Part shown: in pieces, positions 1 to 12,871 of the stretch
Layout: each line of letters starts with the position of its first letter
Numbering within the stretch: position 1 is the first letter of the stretch
Assembly (NCBI GenBank): GCA_021613535.1
Contig: CP075492.1
Span: 7,440,001 to 7,504,000 of the forward strand
Length of the DNA stretch: 64,000 nucleotides
From: Adineta vaga
Taxonomy: Eukaryota; Animalia; Rotifera
Direction: 5' to 3'
Program-made: the position numbers and the translations under genes
The notes under the pieces: generated by a model
Database searches by the model: none
What the model saw: only the letters and a program-made list of their open reading frames with translations
What the model was told of the DNA's origin: nothing

Positions 1-1146
1 TAAATTCAATCGATTATCAATCTGAACAAAAAGAGAAATATCGAATTTGCAAACAAACATGTGAACCGCATGTAACACTCATCATTGTATATGCATCATT
101 ATCTTCATTATCGCTACTATCTGGTATGAAACAGCACCATGATAATGTTGGAGGAGATTGATTATTTGAATATTGTAAATCAATAAATAAAATTAAAGTA
201 TGTCTAATAGAGAAAGAAAACGATTATTTGTATAAATTCATTCAAAATCTTACTGTAATTCATTAGGTTCATCACTTTTTTCTATTCGATAGATACGTAA
301 ATGACATGCTTGATCAACACATGCCAAAAGGACATCATCAGAAAATGAGAATGCTAAATCATGAATATCACCCGAAAATGGTGGATTAATTACAGAACGA
401 AAATCCACTTGTTTATAGAAAACACAAACAATATCATCACCACTTTGTCCTAGAAAATCGATTCAATAAAATCATTCACGATAGAAAAACAGATTACAAA
501 CGTTTTAAAGCATAAGCAACAAAGTTTCCACATGTCACAACGAAATGGCCAGAATAATATCGTGATTCCCAATTATGGTCAATAATCGGTTGAGAAAAGA
601 CCTTAAAAAAAATGACATATTCTCAATTTTGCGATATCCTATGGCGATTTCATATAGAAATACGAACATCATATAATAATTCTCATGAGAATTCGAAAAG
701 AAAATGTCATTCTAACTTAATCAAGTAATCATTTTTTTTTCATTCAAAATGAAATTATCGTATTTGCAAGATACGAAGCAATAATAATTCTCCACATAGT
801 TAGATAAAAAAAATAATTTACATATTTCGACATCTCTATTTCAAAATGGCAAAATATTTTACATACTTGATTAAAATCATTTGCTGATATTGTTTCTGTC
901 AAAAGATTTTTTCGATTCGTCAATTGAATTTCAACTTCATGCCGTGAGATTAGATGTGTTGATTGGATCGGATCATTACTATTCAACTCACTAAACAGAA
1001 CGGAAAGCACATCTCATTAAAATCGTTTTCCACCACGTTTTCTCATACATTTGTTGATGACGTTTATCGTCTGAATCGAATGTACTAGAAAAAGAATCAG
1101 AATCGTAATCAAATCAATAAATCAAGTAAATAACTCACATATTCAT
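1..1146 (-). CDS. EDC4: Enhancer of mRNA-decapping protein 4 (Ge-1), 5' exons; continues past the window start
   Basis: Spliced translation MNITFDSDDKRHQQIELNSND...HEVEIQL...|VFSQPIIDHNWESRYYSGHFVVTCGNFVAYALK|...FSGDIHDLAFSFSDDVLLACVDQACHLRIYRI...|...LSWCCFIPD matches the EDC4 WD40 N-terminus (QPVAKYDWEQKYYYG, VADLAF, LACLDEAGNL, IIWCPFIP). ATG at 1146; GT-AG introns keep frame where checked. Confidence 0.85.
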
Positions 1147-1782
1147 AATTAGTACAAAGAAAAGATAATAATAACAAATATAATCTAAAGTCAGAAAACT
1201 TTTTCTTTATATCAAAGCAATTGATAGTAATTGATCTTTTCTTTTCATGGGCAAGTCAATATATTCTAATGTCAGATCGCAAAATCAATCAATTAGAAAA
1301 AAAATACTGAACATGGAAAGAACGAAAGAAAGAGAAAAAGATGAAGTATTTACATTCTCTTTTTATCAATAAAACACGTCCATGCGAATAGATATATCCA
1401 AGCATCACTTGTTAGCGATAGCTTTTTCTTTTCGTGTTGTTTCGCAAGATGTCTCGTGTGGGGTTCGATTCCACATAGAGACTTACATATTTTTTTCTCT
1501 CTTCCGTCTCTTTGGAAGACTTAATTCAAGTTAATCATAATTTCGTCAGTAAAGTAGGACAACCAAAAACTAACCAAGCTATCACAGATCAATAGCTTCT
1601 TATTAAATTCGTTCAGCTGACTAACGTCTAGTAAGTAGAAATCTTTTAAATGAAATAAAAAGCGAACATCACTCAAACTATTTCATCTATTTCTCTTCAT
1701 TCCTTTACATACAGTCACTGATATCTACATATATATACATGTATATGTAAAGAATCGAACTATAAATTAGAACTATTAAACT

Positions 1783-2755
1783 ATGGATACGTCGATAACA
1801 AACAATGACGAACAACAACTGATTCAAATGTCCGCATTATCACCAGAAAAACTAGTTCAAGATGAAAATAATGTTATTATGCGTGAAACACCAACTATTA
1901 CGAATGGAAAAAAACCAACAACAGAAGCTGAACTAAAACAACAAGTATTTATTTTACGTATCTTTTCTTGGCCTATACAACTTCTAACATCATGTCATAT
2001 TCCACATTTTTCTGATCATAGTTTACGTCTAACATTTCTCTTATTTATAACATTAATTGGTTTAACTAGTTTTACCATTGCACTCATTGTTGGCACAAGT
2101 GTCGTACAATTTAAACAACAATGTCCATTATATGCATCATTTCAATTTAAATATGATACATTAACAAGAATAAAAAATAGCTCGACACTTAAAGTACTTC
2201 TAACAGGGGAAACATATGGTTCACAATCGACATGTGATTTTTGTACATTTTCGAATGTATTTACATTCATTTATTGTATTATGACAGGCTTTTTCTTCGT
2301 ATTATTCAATGGTGATCATCGAGTTGTACGATCGAATGATCGATGTTTAATTATTCCATGGTACGAAAGAAAGAATACATTCTTACTATTTCTCTCTCTC
2401 TCTCTTTAGGTTTCCCATATCTATTATTCTCGGTCTTCTGTCTTTAATCAATGCGTCTATGTTAACAAACGGATTCCTTAAATTTTGTTCAACGCTTACT
2501 TCGAATGATAGTCGAATAACCTCATGTATACAATTGAATCAAATTTTTTTCGAACAATATCCAAATGTCTCCTCATTCTTTATCTATATGCTCATCGCTA
2601 TCATTGGCTCCTGGTTTCAATTAGCATTCTTTATTGGTGTTATTGCTATACTTTTAATTCGTCTCGGTTCATCATTTGACTGGGGTAATCATCATGACAA
2701 ACAAATGAATGGAAAACCGATGAACATAGTTATGCAATCGATCGAAAAACCGTAA
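1783..2755 (+). CDS. TMEM179-like multi-pass membrane protein (2 exons, intron ~2361-2410)
   Basis: ORFs 1783-2409 and 2459-2755 joined by one short intron; four hydrophobic segments; QCPLYA and CDFC cysteine motifs resemble the TMEM179 family. Confidence 0.6.
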
Positions 2756-3092
2756 AATCTAAGAAAGAAAACAAAAGACGTTTAGTTTTGTTGAAAAAAA
2801 ACACATTTATTTCGTTTGTTTTTTTTTGTACATAAACTTAAAAAAGAAGAAGACAATAGAAGATCAAAAAAAAATGCTACCTGATAAATCAAAATAAACG
2901 AAAGAAAACAGTATCATAACAGTTTCACCCGGTAGGTTTGAAAAGAAAACACGAAGAATCAAGTTTATATATGCATATGTATATATATTTATGTATAAAA
3001 GAACATTTTTTTTTGTCAAATTTCAGCAAAATGACAAATCAACTGTGTATAGGTTCGTTTTTTATCGTTTATCACCGGTATGACAGGCCAAT

Positions 3093-4532
3093 TTAACTTC
3101 GAACACCGTCTTTTTCAAGTTTTTCAAATACTTTTCGAGCATTGCGTATATTCATTAAGGTCATTTCAGAAGCTAAATGAAAAATAGACATAGAGAAAGA
3201 ATATCTCTTCAGACAGTCATATCTTCTATACAAAACAACAATCCTAAACGAATTCTTATCTAAACACTCAATAATTCAATTTTATTTTTGTTCTTTTCAA
3301 CTATCTTAGTAAATACAATACTTACAAATTGTTGGATCACTAATTACAACCATCACATACGTATTCGGTGTACATAATTCAATAAAACATGCAAATGTTG
3401 AATTTCGTACTTCCATCGATTGAAAGGCTGCTGCTAATTTACTAAAAGAAAAACAACGAAATATTGATTATTTTTCCTAATCTTCTTTTCAAACCTGCAA
3501 GATAATTTAAACTGTTTAATAATATCACTAATCTTTTCAAAACGACGTGAATCATGATGTTCTTTACGTGTACAATGCGAAATCACCTATTACAAAAAAA
3601 GAATAGTCCTTATAAAAAAACCAAACTCACAATCATTTCAGAAATCTCTTACTAAAAATGTAGCTTTTTCAAAGAGAAGAATTTCATCAGCATCGATAAT
3701 TTCTGCAAAATTCTCCAGTGTCTTTTCGAGACCTTTTACATTTGGTACTAATTGATAGACAATTTGTGACCAAGCCTAAAGAAATGTATGTTGAACGAAA
3801 ATACTGTTGGAATTCTTCTTACTTTATAAAGTGTTTCATCCCAAATTGATGTACGAAAACATGCACATTGCAAAGGTTTTGATAAGTTTGTTAGAATATT
3901 TTCTCGTTCAGTAAATACCTAGACGAAACAAATGAAACTAGAGTTCGAGTGATATGATTTTTCATACTGTTGTACGCATTTCTTCGGGAACTAAATCCAT
4001 TTTATGTATAAGACAAAAGATTTTTGCATTAGATGAATGTTGTAAAATTGATTCAAGACACGATTGATAATAATGTAAATCCTTCAATTTTGTTAAGGAA
4101 AAGAAAACAAATAAATTTACGAATTTCAAAAAAATAAAACCAACAAACTTTATCTAATTCTTGACTTTGAACGTCAAAGACATAGATAAGTACTTCAACA
4201 TTTTTAAATATAATATCTTTTTGTGTTGCAAAATAACTTTCCATAAATGCTTCTTGACCACCACAATCCCATAGATTTAGAATTAAATTACCAAGAAAAC
4301 GAACGTATGACTGTTCAACATCCACTACAAACAAACGAAATACGATAAACAAAGATAATTTTCTTCAATACTTGTAGGACCAAGACGTCGTGTATCTTTC
4401 GCACTGTAATTAGCAAATATAATCGAACGCATTGATGTTTTACCACCACCACTTTTTCCCATCAGAAGGACCTAATCGAAAAAATTTCTTCTTAGAAAAA
4501 TAAAAATCGGAAATATTTACCTTTTTTCGCAT
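3093..4532 (-). CDS. RRAGA: Ras-related GTP-binding protein A/B (Gtr1/RagA), multi-exon
   Basis: MRKK|[73 protein letters not shown]; stop TAA at 3093-3095. Confidence 0.95.
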
Positions 4533-4840
4533 CATTTTTATGACTGTTTCAAGTGTTTACTGCGACCAAAAAAATGATAAAGTTCTGTTTTAATAGAATA
4601 TATACTTTTCTATCAGTTGCTTTCACATGTGATAGTTTAATATATGGAGTGAGATTTTTCGTCTCGTATCTTCTATTTTTATTTATTTTTTTTCTCCTTT
4701 ACATTCTATCGATTCATATTGGTCAAATGAAATACGTAATTTCAAAGAAGATAACAGATGGCGTAAGACGTCCATACATTTGTTCGAAATATATTTTTAC
4801 GAGTTTATTGAGTAATTAAATGAATTTATTATAGTTTTTC

Positions 4841-5637
4841 TTAATAAAATAATTGTATTTGTCCTTCATTTTGATCCCATTCTTCTCGAATAACTGAATG
4901 GTAACCAATATTTGTCAAGATAACAAAATATTCAAAAAAACAAAATATTGAATAAATATATGGTTCACAAAAAAGATTATGTCGAGAAAAGAAATATAAG
5001 CAAATACAACATGAAAATATATTTGATAGAAACCATTTCAATCGTTTTCTTCGACAAGATTTTTCTCGTTCATTAACATAAACATTCTTTGTTCGTGGCC
5101 AATAATAATCAATTAGAATTGTTACCAACATATGTACTAATGAACAGAGAATAAAACCAATAAATGCATATTCATGCATTCGTTTGATTTCATTCGATGA
5201 AATATAAGTTAATACAAGAAGAAATGTTAACTCAAAAAAATGAAATAAACTATTGATTATCTGTACAATTCGATAAAGTTCTCGAGAAACAGTATGAGAA
5301 CGATTAAGTAAACGTTGTAATTGTAAATAAGCAATTACGTATCGAGGAGTACTATTCAAAGCAAATGTTAATCGCCAAACAAAACGTTGAGGTTCAAAAC
5401 CAGCAATAATTGCTGATATTGATGGGAAAAAATTCGATACTTGACAATGTGTTCGAGTCGATTTTTTCATATCTTTAAAAATAGTTAGAGTTAAACAAAA
5501 AAGAAAAGCAAAATATGGTAAAAAATGAGTCAAACGTAAGAAATTATGCATGGATATCTGAATACCTGAAAACGATAAGGATGATTTTGATCATTAGATG
5601 AAGATAAATTCAATGATGTTATATTACGTGCTGACAT
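4841..5637 (-). CDS. PGAP2: Post-GPI attachment to proteins factor 2 (Frag1/DRAM/Sfk1 family)
   Basis: STRTHCQVSNFFPSISAII, PQRFVWR, HNLFCEPYIYSIFCFFEYFVILTNIGYH. A 10-nt first exon (ATG 5637) splices in frame to 5565. Confidence 0.9.
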
Positions 5638-5973
5638 CCTTTGATGAAGATAAAATGTTTAGAACAATCGATTTGAAAATGATCAGTTTGTCTTTAGAAT
5701 TTCGTGTTTCGTCAATCTGATACCCTGTTGAACATTTAAACGATCAAATTTCTTTTTGTTTCTCGTCAAATTTTTATTCAAATGCTTTCCTTCATCATTT
5801 TGAAAAGTAAAAAGCTTCAATCCAATGAAATAACTACACGTACAGAGGTCACCTGATGTTGTAGTTAAATAACAACGAATGGCGAATATGTTGAGCCTAT
5901 AGGTTTACCTTACGTTACGTTCTATTGTTTTATTTTATTACTCATTTTCTTTTCAAGTGATTTGCTCATATCA

Positions 5974-6706
5974 ATGACTACGTCTGATACTGATAATCGA
6001 CGAGGAATTCTTCGGCTACCAGCGAGACCAGTAAAATGATGACTAAATTCATATATATGTATTTATCATATTTTCTATTCGAATTTAGATTTCGTTGGAA
6101 GATCGTTATGACCCACCAGCAAATTTCCTTGAAATTGATATAGTGAATCCTGAAACACATGGTTTTGGAAATAAACGTTATACGGATTATGAAATTCGAA
6201 TGAAAGTAATAGATTACATTTTCTATTTTGTAATAAAATAATCAATTAATAAGTTTTGTTTAGACAAATTTACCAGTATTTCGTTTGAAAGAATGTTCTG
6301 TACGTCGACGTTATTCGGATTTTGAATGGCTACGAAAAGAACTTGAACGAGATAGTAAAGTATGGAATTAATTTTCAAAAATAAACAAATTTATTTTTAT
6401 TACAATTTTTCTCAGATCGTCGTTCCACCATTACCTGGCAAAGCTTGGCAACGGCAAATGCCTGGATTTCTTCGTCGCGATGATGGAATTTTCGAAGACG
6501 AATTTATCGAAGAACGACGTAAAGGATTAGAGCAATTCATTAATAAGTAAAATCATTCTTCAAAAAACAAAAATATACATAAAATGATCACTTTTAGAGT
6601 TGCTGGCCATCCATTAGCACAAAATGAACGTTCATTACATGTTTTCTTACAAGATACTACTATTGATCATAATTCATATGTTCCAGGCAAAGTACGAAAT
6701 TCTTAA
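5974..6706 (+). CDS. SNX3: Sorting nexin 3/12 (PX-only)
   Basis: PPANFLEIDIVNPETHGFGNKRYTDYEIRM, VRRRYSDFEWLRKELERDSK, VPPLPGKAW, FIEERRKGLEQFINK, VAGHPLAQNERSLHVFLQ; stop 6704-6706. Confidence 0.9.
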
Positions 6707-6945
6707 ATCAATATTCGATGTATAGAACATTTTTCATATTCGATTATTCATTTCCGTTACGCATTTAGCTGCCTCTCTCTTACGATATTTTCTTCAAATT
6801 TATAAAAACAGAATCAATCGATTTATTATATTCTTTATATAAAACAAATTATACGCCATTAAATAAAGCAACGTCTACCAGTTTGTCGATGAATAATTGA
6901 GTTCTTACGCAATACTGAATTAATCATCATGAATCAGAATAATCT

Positions 6946-8600
6946 TTACACATAGATGAATAAATACTCTGGATAGCACTATTTAAAACATAATACAAAT
7001 CGTATTTTTTTATGAATAAGTATTACTTTACCTGACTATCGTGATAACATACAAAAATATGCTTTCCATCTGTTGTTGTATCATACCCATCTAAAATGCG
7101 AAATTTATGTCTTTTTTTAAATATCGGATGAATAATAGTTTTATATTTTTTCATTACCTTCTGGTTCGCAAATTTTTGAATTTCCGACTGAAAGTCAAAC
7201 AAAGACGTTAGATATGATTAATACGAAGAAAGAAAAATCTTATACTTACTCATACTTTTACCGATAAGTACTCGACTGTAAAATATTCGTTTTTGTTTTA
7301 TAGCATCTGGAGTTGCATATTTATCTGAATAACTTGCATTTGATGAGAAATATACTCCTCGTCCATAGACACATCCTTGAGAAAATATAATTAAAAACTA
7401 TCGAAATTTACAAATCGTAATCTTACCATTTAGTCCACAATAACTTCGATTAAAGCCTCGTTCCATAATTCTTTTAGCAGCTGTATCAGGACAACCGTGG
7501 TAAAGAAATCGCATTGTTCCATTGTTGTCTTTACCATACTTATGAATATAATCTTCATGTAATGCAGAAAATTGTTTGAATAAACAGAGATTTTGAATAC
7601 GTTCAATTGAGATGAGATTTGTCTAAAGAAAAAGATATTTATATGAAAATTTGAAACGAAACTATAGTTTTGATAATTTACATAATGTTCATTCATTGTT
7701 TCATCAAATGCATGTTTGACTGCAAGATATTCGTTTGATTCTTTGTGAAGTATGACTCGTTCCCTACAAAGATACAGTTGTAAGAGAATTTTTATGAAGA
7801 AAATAAAATTTACTGTTTAAAAGGAGTCAGAGTCCAATAAGACGGTTGATGTTCATAACGTTTTGATCGAAGAATACGTTTTGTACGAGCACCATAAGTC
7901 TCAACATATTTATTGAGATCAATGGATACTTTTTCGCCGATATCGTTGAGTAAAGTAAACTAGAGAGAAAATAAACAGAACATTCATTTTTCTTCATTTA
8001 GTTACGAATAGAATACGTACATTGAATTTATTAGAACTATAACGTTGTTCGATTTCAGTAATCATTTTGGGAATGTACAATCGCCATGTTGCATCCCATG
8101 CTTCATACCACCAATATACATGTTCATCGATGAATTTTTGACTACTTTCGGACAATAATTTGTTTTGTAATTCGAGGAATCTTTTTTCTTAAAAAAAGAA
8201 GATTATCGTTAGTATGCAATTTTCTAATAGAAAAATTTCGTACCGGCTTCGATGTTTGATGTCATATTGCCAAACAAATGTAATTTTTTCTCATTAAAAT
8301 TTAAAATAGGTAAAACCATTTGAGTTGAACAAAATTTTAGATATTCGTCGAGCACTGACTGATTTTCTTTAATCAATTCATCACATTGTATGTGACATAC
8401 TGTTTCTTTATATTCATGAGCATCTTTGGTTGAATTTTTCCATTCCATTTTTAAGAATTCCTACGGCAAATATTGATCATACATATTAACACAATAGTTT
8501 CATGTATTTATATAGATATCTATAAGGAAAGAAAAAGAATGTCTATATGAAGAGATTGACGTTACTCTGTCATGATGATTCAGCATAATTTTAATCATTA
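6946..8600 (-). CDS. WWE + PARP catalytic domain protein (probable mono-ADP-ribosyltransferase); start approximate
   Basis: WWE-like VYWWYE...WRLY; PARP motifs FLYHGC, GFNRSYCGLNG, VYGRGVYFSSNASYSDKYA, RVLIG, KHIFVCYHDSQCYPEYLFIY; multi-exon, stop 6946-6948. Confidence 0.85.
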
Positions 8601-9093
8601 TGGTACCTAGATAAAGATTAATTCACCGATTAAGATACTTTTTTTTTCATATTTATATTTTAGTGAAGATGTGAAAAAATTGCATAAATATACTGAAATT
8701 TTCCCATCAACCTGCTTGGGAAAAACCAAGGCTTCGCTCATTTTCTTTTCCGTGGTCTATTTCACTTGACGGAACAGAAATCTTTTCACAAAATATTGAA
8801 GATTTACTAATTCTCTAGGAAATGTCCATAATGAAGGAAGGACGAATTATATACAATACGAAATGATGATGACATGCTATTGTCTATCAATAGTGACCTC
8901 TATTGTGAACATAGCCCTCTATTATCGAGGTAATCTTTTTTCTCTAGATTGGTCACTCTTCATTTGATAAATTACTAATAAATACTTGAGATGTATATTT
9001 TGTGGATGTTGATTTGATTTGATGATTTCAAAATTTATTCTTCTTCTATAACAATTCTAGATTCTTTACATTTCGTTGTTATTCATTTCGTAA

Positions 9094-10061
9094 ATGGGAC
9101 CATTCCGAGGAGGTAATTGACGAACATTAAAAATATCTTCATTAATTTAATCGTTTACTTTTTCATTGTTAAGGACGTGGAGATTCTAGAGGAGGAGGTG
9201 GTGGTCGCGGCCGAGGCGGTGGAGGAGGTTTTCGAGGTCGTGGCGGCGGTGGAGGCGGCCGAGGTGGTGGTGGTCGATTTAATCGAGAACCAGAAGGTCC
9301 TCCTGATAGTGTTGTTGGTAAGATCATTGAACAATTGTTTTTCCTACTTCTTATCATTCATTTGAATCATTAGAGCTTGGAACTTATGCACATCCATGTG
9401 AAAGTCAACTTGTATGTAAAGCAACAAATGATATGATTCCATATTTCAATGCTGGAGTATTTCTCGAAAATAAACAGCAAGTTGGAAAAGTCGATGAAAT
9501 TCTTGGTCCAATGAAAGAATATGTATGATATAGACGTTCTTGACATTTGAATATATATTATTTTAAATATCTATCTAGTGGTTTTCCGTATCACTTCTGG
9601 AAAATATGAATCCAAGTTCATTCAAAAAGAATGAAAAAGTATGTAGATGAAAAATAAGTTTATAATCAAACTGAAAAGAAAACGATTAATTATTATTTTT
9701 ATTTACTTTGGTAGTTTTTTATTGATCCAAATAAACTATTACCATTGGCTCGATTTTTACCACGACCACCAGGCTCAAAACCATCTGGAGGTGGTGGTGG
9801 ACGTGGTGGACGAGGTGGCGGTGGTGGAAGAGGTAAGAAACTGCTGAGAAGAATATAACTATTTTTCACAATGTTCAAAGAACAATTGAATCTAAACCAA
9901 ATTTTTAATATTCAGGAGGATTTCAACGTGGAGGTCGTGGTGGCGGCGGTGGTTTCCGCGGAGGCAGTGGTGGTGGTTTCCGTGGAGGCAGTGGTGGTGG
10001 TGGTTTCCGAGGTCGAGGCGGCGGTGGTGGATTTCGAGGCGGTCGAGGACGTGGAAACTGA
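9094..10061 (+). CDS. GAR1: H/ACA ribonucleoprotein complex subunit 1
   Basis: N- and C-terminal RGG/GGR boxes flank the core [23 protein letters not shown]...[25 protein letters not shown]...[18 protein letters not shown]. Confidence 0.95.
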
Positions 10062-10215
10062 TATTAGAAAAAGAAAAGAATTTGTTTTCGTTTTTGTGTG
10101 TTATTTGTCATTTTTTGTATGACAATAATAATTATCGTTGTTGTTTTTTTCTATTAGTTATATACACAAAACAAACGACATGAAACAAAAAAAAGAAAAT
10201 GAATATTATGTTTAT

Positions 10216-11405
10216 TTAATGTGGAATTGGTTTCGAAAGAACAATAAGTACAGCTGAGATAATACGAAGTAAGGTGCCTCCAATAATAATCAGATAATTT
10301 CGTTGACCAGAGATTTCTTTGAAGTAAAAGATCGACCAAAGAATAGCAATTGAACCAGGTCCAATTGTTACTAATGGAAATGAGATTGTTTGACTTAGAA
10401 CACTGTTAGCAACGAGAAAGCCAGCTTGAGCAATACCCCACATAATACCAGATATAATCGCTGGAAAGATACTTGGAATATGAAGATATGGACGATTACC
10501 TTTATAGGCAATATAAACAATATAGTAAAACATGGATGAGAAGAAGATTCCTGAATACATTGCAAAAACATAATGAAGACCATTTTTTGATGCTAATTGA
10601 TATTGATCATATGGATGATCTTGAATATAAGTACTTGGAATGAAAACAAAACCAAATAGAATACCAGCAAGAATAGCTAAGATACAACCCACAATACATA
10701 AATACATTTTTCTAGGTGGTGAAGTAGCTATTGTTGCCGTTTCAATCGATGCATCATTGCTAATAGTAGTTACAACTGGTGGTGCCGTATGAAGAATAGG
10801 TCGTCGTTCTTCAATATCCGTAGAAATTTCTTCTTCTTCATCTTGTCGAGTTGTTCGTAGAGCTAAAAATACGATTCCACTAATGCAAGCAATGGTTACA
10901 CCGATATAATTCAGATATGTTTTTTCTACATTTTCTGGTATTAAACCAAACCAACCAAAGTGTCCACTAGCCCAACCTAATAAAAACAAAAAAAGTCATT
11001 CATAGGAAATAATTTGATTATTTCATTTCGAGATTTACCGATCAACATATTTGTTGTACACCAAAGTAACATAGACATTCCAAGACCATTGATACGAATA
11101 ACTAGAAGACTAAGAATATTTCCTGTCGTCCAAAATATTCCACCAATTAAAACTAATGGAAAAAATTGTGGACTTTTCACGAATAAATCAATAATTAGAC
11201 CAGTTATCCATATTCCACAACACATAAAAAATTGAAAAGATAATCCATCACCAATTGGATATTTTCCAGCTGGAACGAGATTTGAACCAAAAAAAAGAAC
11301 AGCAATCATCACTGAAAGATAACCTATCCAAAGTGGTGTAGGACTATCATCTGATGGATGACTTGTTGTTGTGTTGAGAAAATTTATCGGAAGATTTACC
11401 GACAT
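10216..11405 (-). CDS. TMEM144: Transmembrane protein 144 (DMT-like transporter), 2 exons
   Basis: FFGSNLVPAGKYPIGDGLSFQFFMCCGIW, GGIFWTTGN, GWASGHFGWFG, ANSVLSQTISFPLVTIGPG. Confidence 0.9.
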
Positions 11406-11769
11406 GTGTTTATTTGATATAATAATTAATTATATATTCACATAGACTAAAGGAAAGAAATAACAGTCATCGTTCTTTTTGTTTTCCTTCTGTATTTTAC
11501 CTAGTTGATTTTATGTTGACAAAAAACATCAAATAGTTAAGAAGACTGAAAGATCGCCAAAGAATGTCGCTACCAGATCACTTTAATGTATTTATATGAA
11601 GTTTGATCTCTTTTTTCTTTTCATCCAACAAGTATCTACGTATTTCATCAATGCATGCATAGATAAAGAATCATTTGACTTCTATACTGATTATAAATGA
11701 AGAGAACGAAATATTTGTCTATCTTATCATCCTTTCTATTCATTTCTTGTTTGATTTGATAACGTTTAC

Positions 11770-12768
11770 ATGGAGTTAATGAAAAATCCACATGAAGCAC
11801 AGGATTATTTTGTTCTTCCTGAAAATGATAGACCACGTAAAAAGGCAACTATCAAATTAACTCCAGAACAAATCGATTTCTTTAAAACGAATGGTTTCCT
11901 AAGTATTGATCGTTTGATTGATGAGAATGAAGTGACATACATTCGTGATCAATATGATCAAGTATATCGATTTCTTCTCTTTATCACAAGATATGAATTC
12001 TTCTTCTTCTTCTTAGTGGTTTGCAGCTAAACTAGGTCGAGAACATGGAAATTTCTTTGATTTACTCTCTGAAGATACCGATGAACAAGAAGCAATCGCA
12101 CCACAACTCTTGTGGCCATCAATCTACGGTAAAACGATGACAGAATTTGATTTATATAGTACCCAAATGTATGCAAATGCATATGAAATTAGTAAAACTC
12201 TATTGGGCGAAGAAACAACATTCAAAGGAGTATGATCAATGAAAATTTGATATTCAAATCTATTTTTGTTTCAAAATAGGATCATGCAATTTTGAAACCA
12301 CCATCAACGAAATCATTACCAACGCCATGGCATCAAGATGAAGCGTATTGGGATCCAACATTAACCTATGAATCACTTGGTGTTTGGGTTGCTCTTCAAC
12401 CAGTCTCAGTTGAAAATGGTTGTATGCAATTTATTCCTGGTTCGCATCGAACATCAGATGTTCTTTCACATCATACACAAAATAACAATCCACGTATACA
12501 TGGCTTAGAAGTTGATAATCCTTCGGATCACACGAAAATAATTACTTCTTGTCCACTTCCAAGTGGTGGTGCAACATTTCATCATTGTCGTACTTTACAT
12601 TATACAGGTCCAAATCGTTCCAGTAGACCACGTCGAGCATACACATTGCAATTTCAATGTAATACAAAGAAACGTGACCAACCACGATTAAATACATGGA
12701 ACGATACAAAAATAACTGAACGTGAAAAACGTGCAAAAGAAAGTGGATGGGATCTTCGAGCACCTTAG
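11770..12768 (+). CDS. Phytanoyl-CoA dioxygenase (PhyH) family Fe(II)/2-oxoglutarate dioxygenase, bacterial-like; introns 11962-12016 and 12230-12279
   Basis: LTPEQIDFFKTNGFL, DHAILKPP, TPWHQDEAYW (HxD), VWVALQPVSVENGCMQFIPGSH, GGATFHHCRTLHYTGPNRSSRPRRA (distal His and 2OG-binding Arg). Confidence 0.9.
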
Positions 12769-12871
12769 ATATTGAAATCTATTTGACCAAAAATAATAAC
12801 AAAAAAGAAAACGAAAATTATCTTTTTTTCATGAAAATAAACAGAGAAAAGAGAAGTTTCTCGAGATTAAA

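Noticed and set aside
8699-8724. Inverted repeat TTTTCCCA...TGGGAAAA between PARP and GAR1
   Set aside because: An 8-bp stem, half A/T, is expected by chance in AT-rich DNA; no supporting context.
9117-10122. Val/Ala/Glu-rich and Pro-rich ORFs (9117-9365, 9169-9357, 9871-10122)
   Set aside because: Alternative-frame or antisense shadows of the GAR1 RGG repeats.
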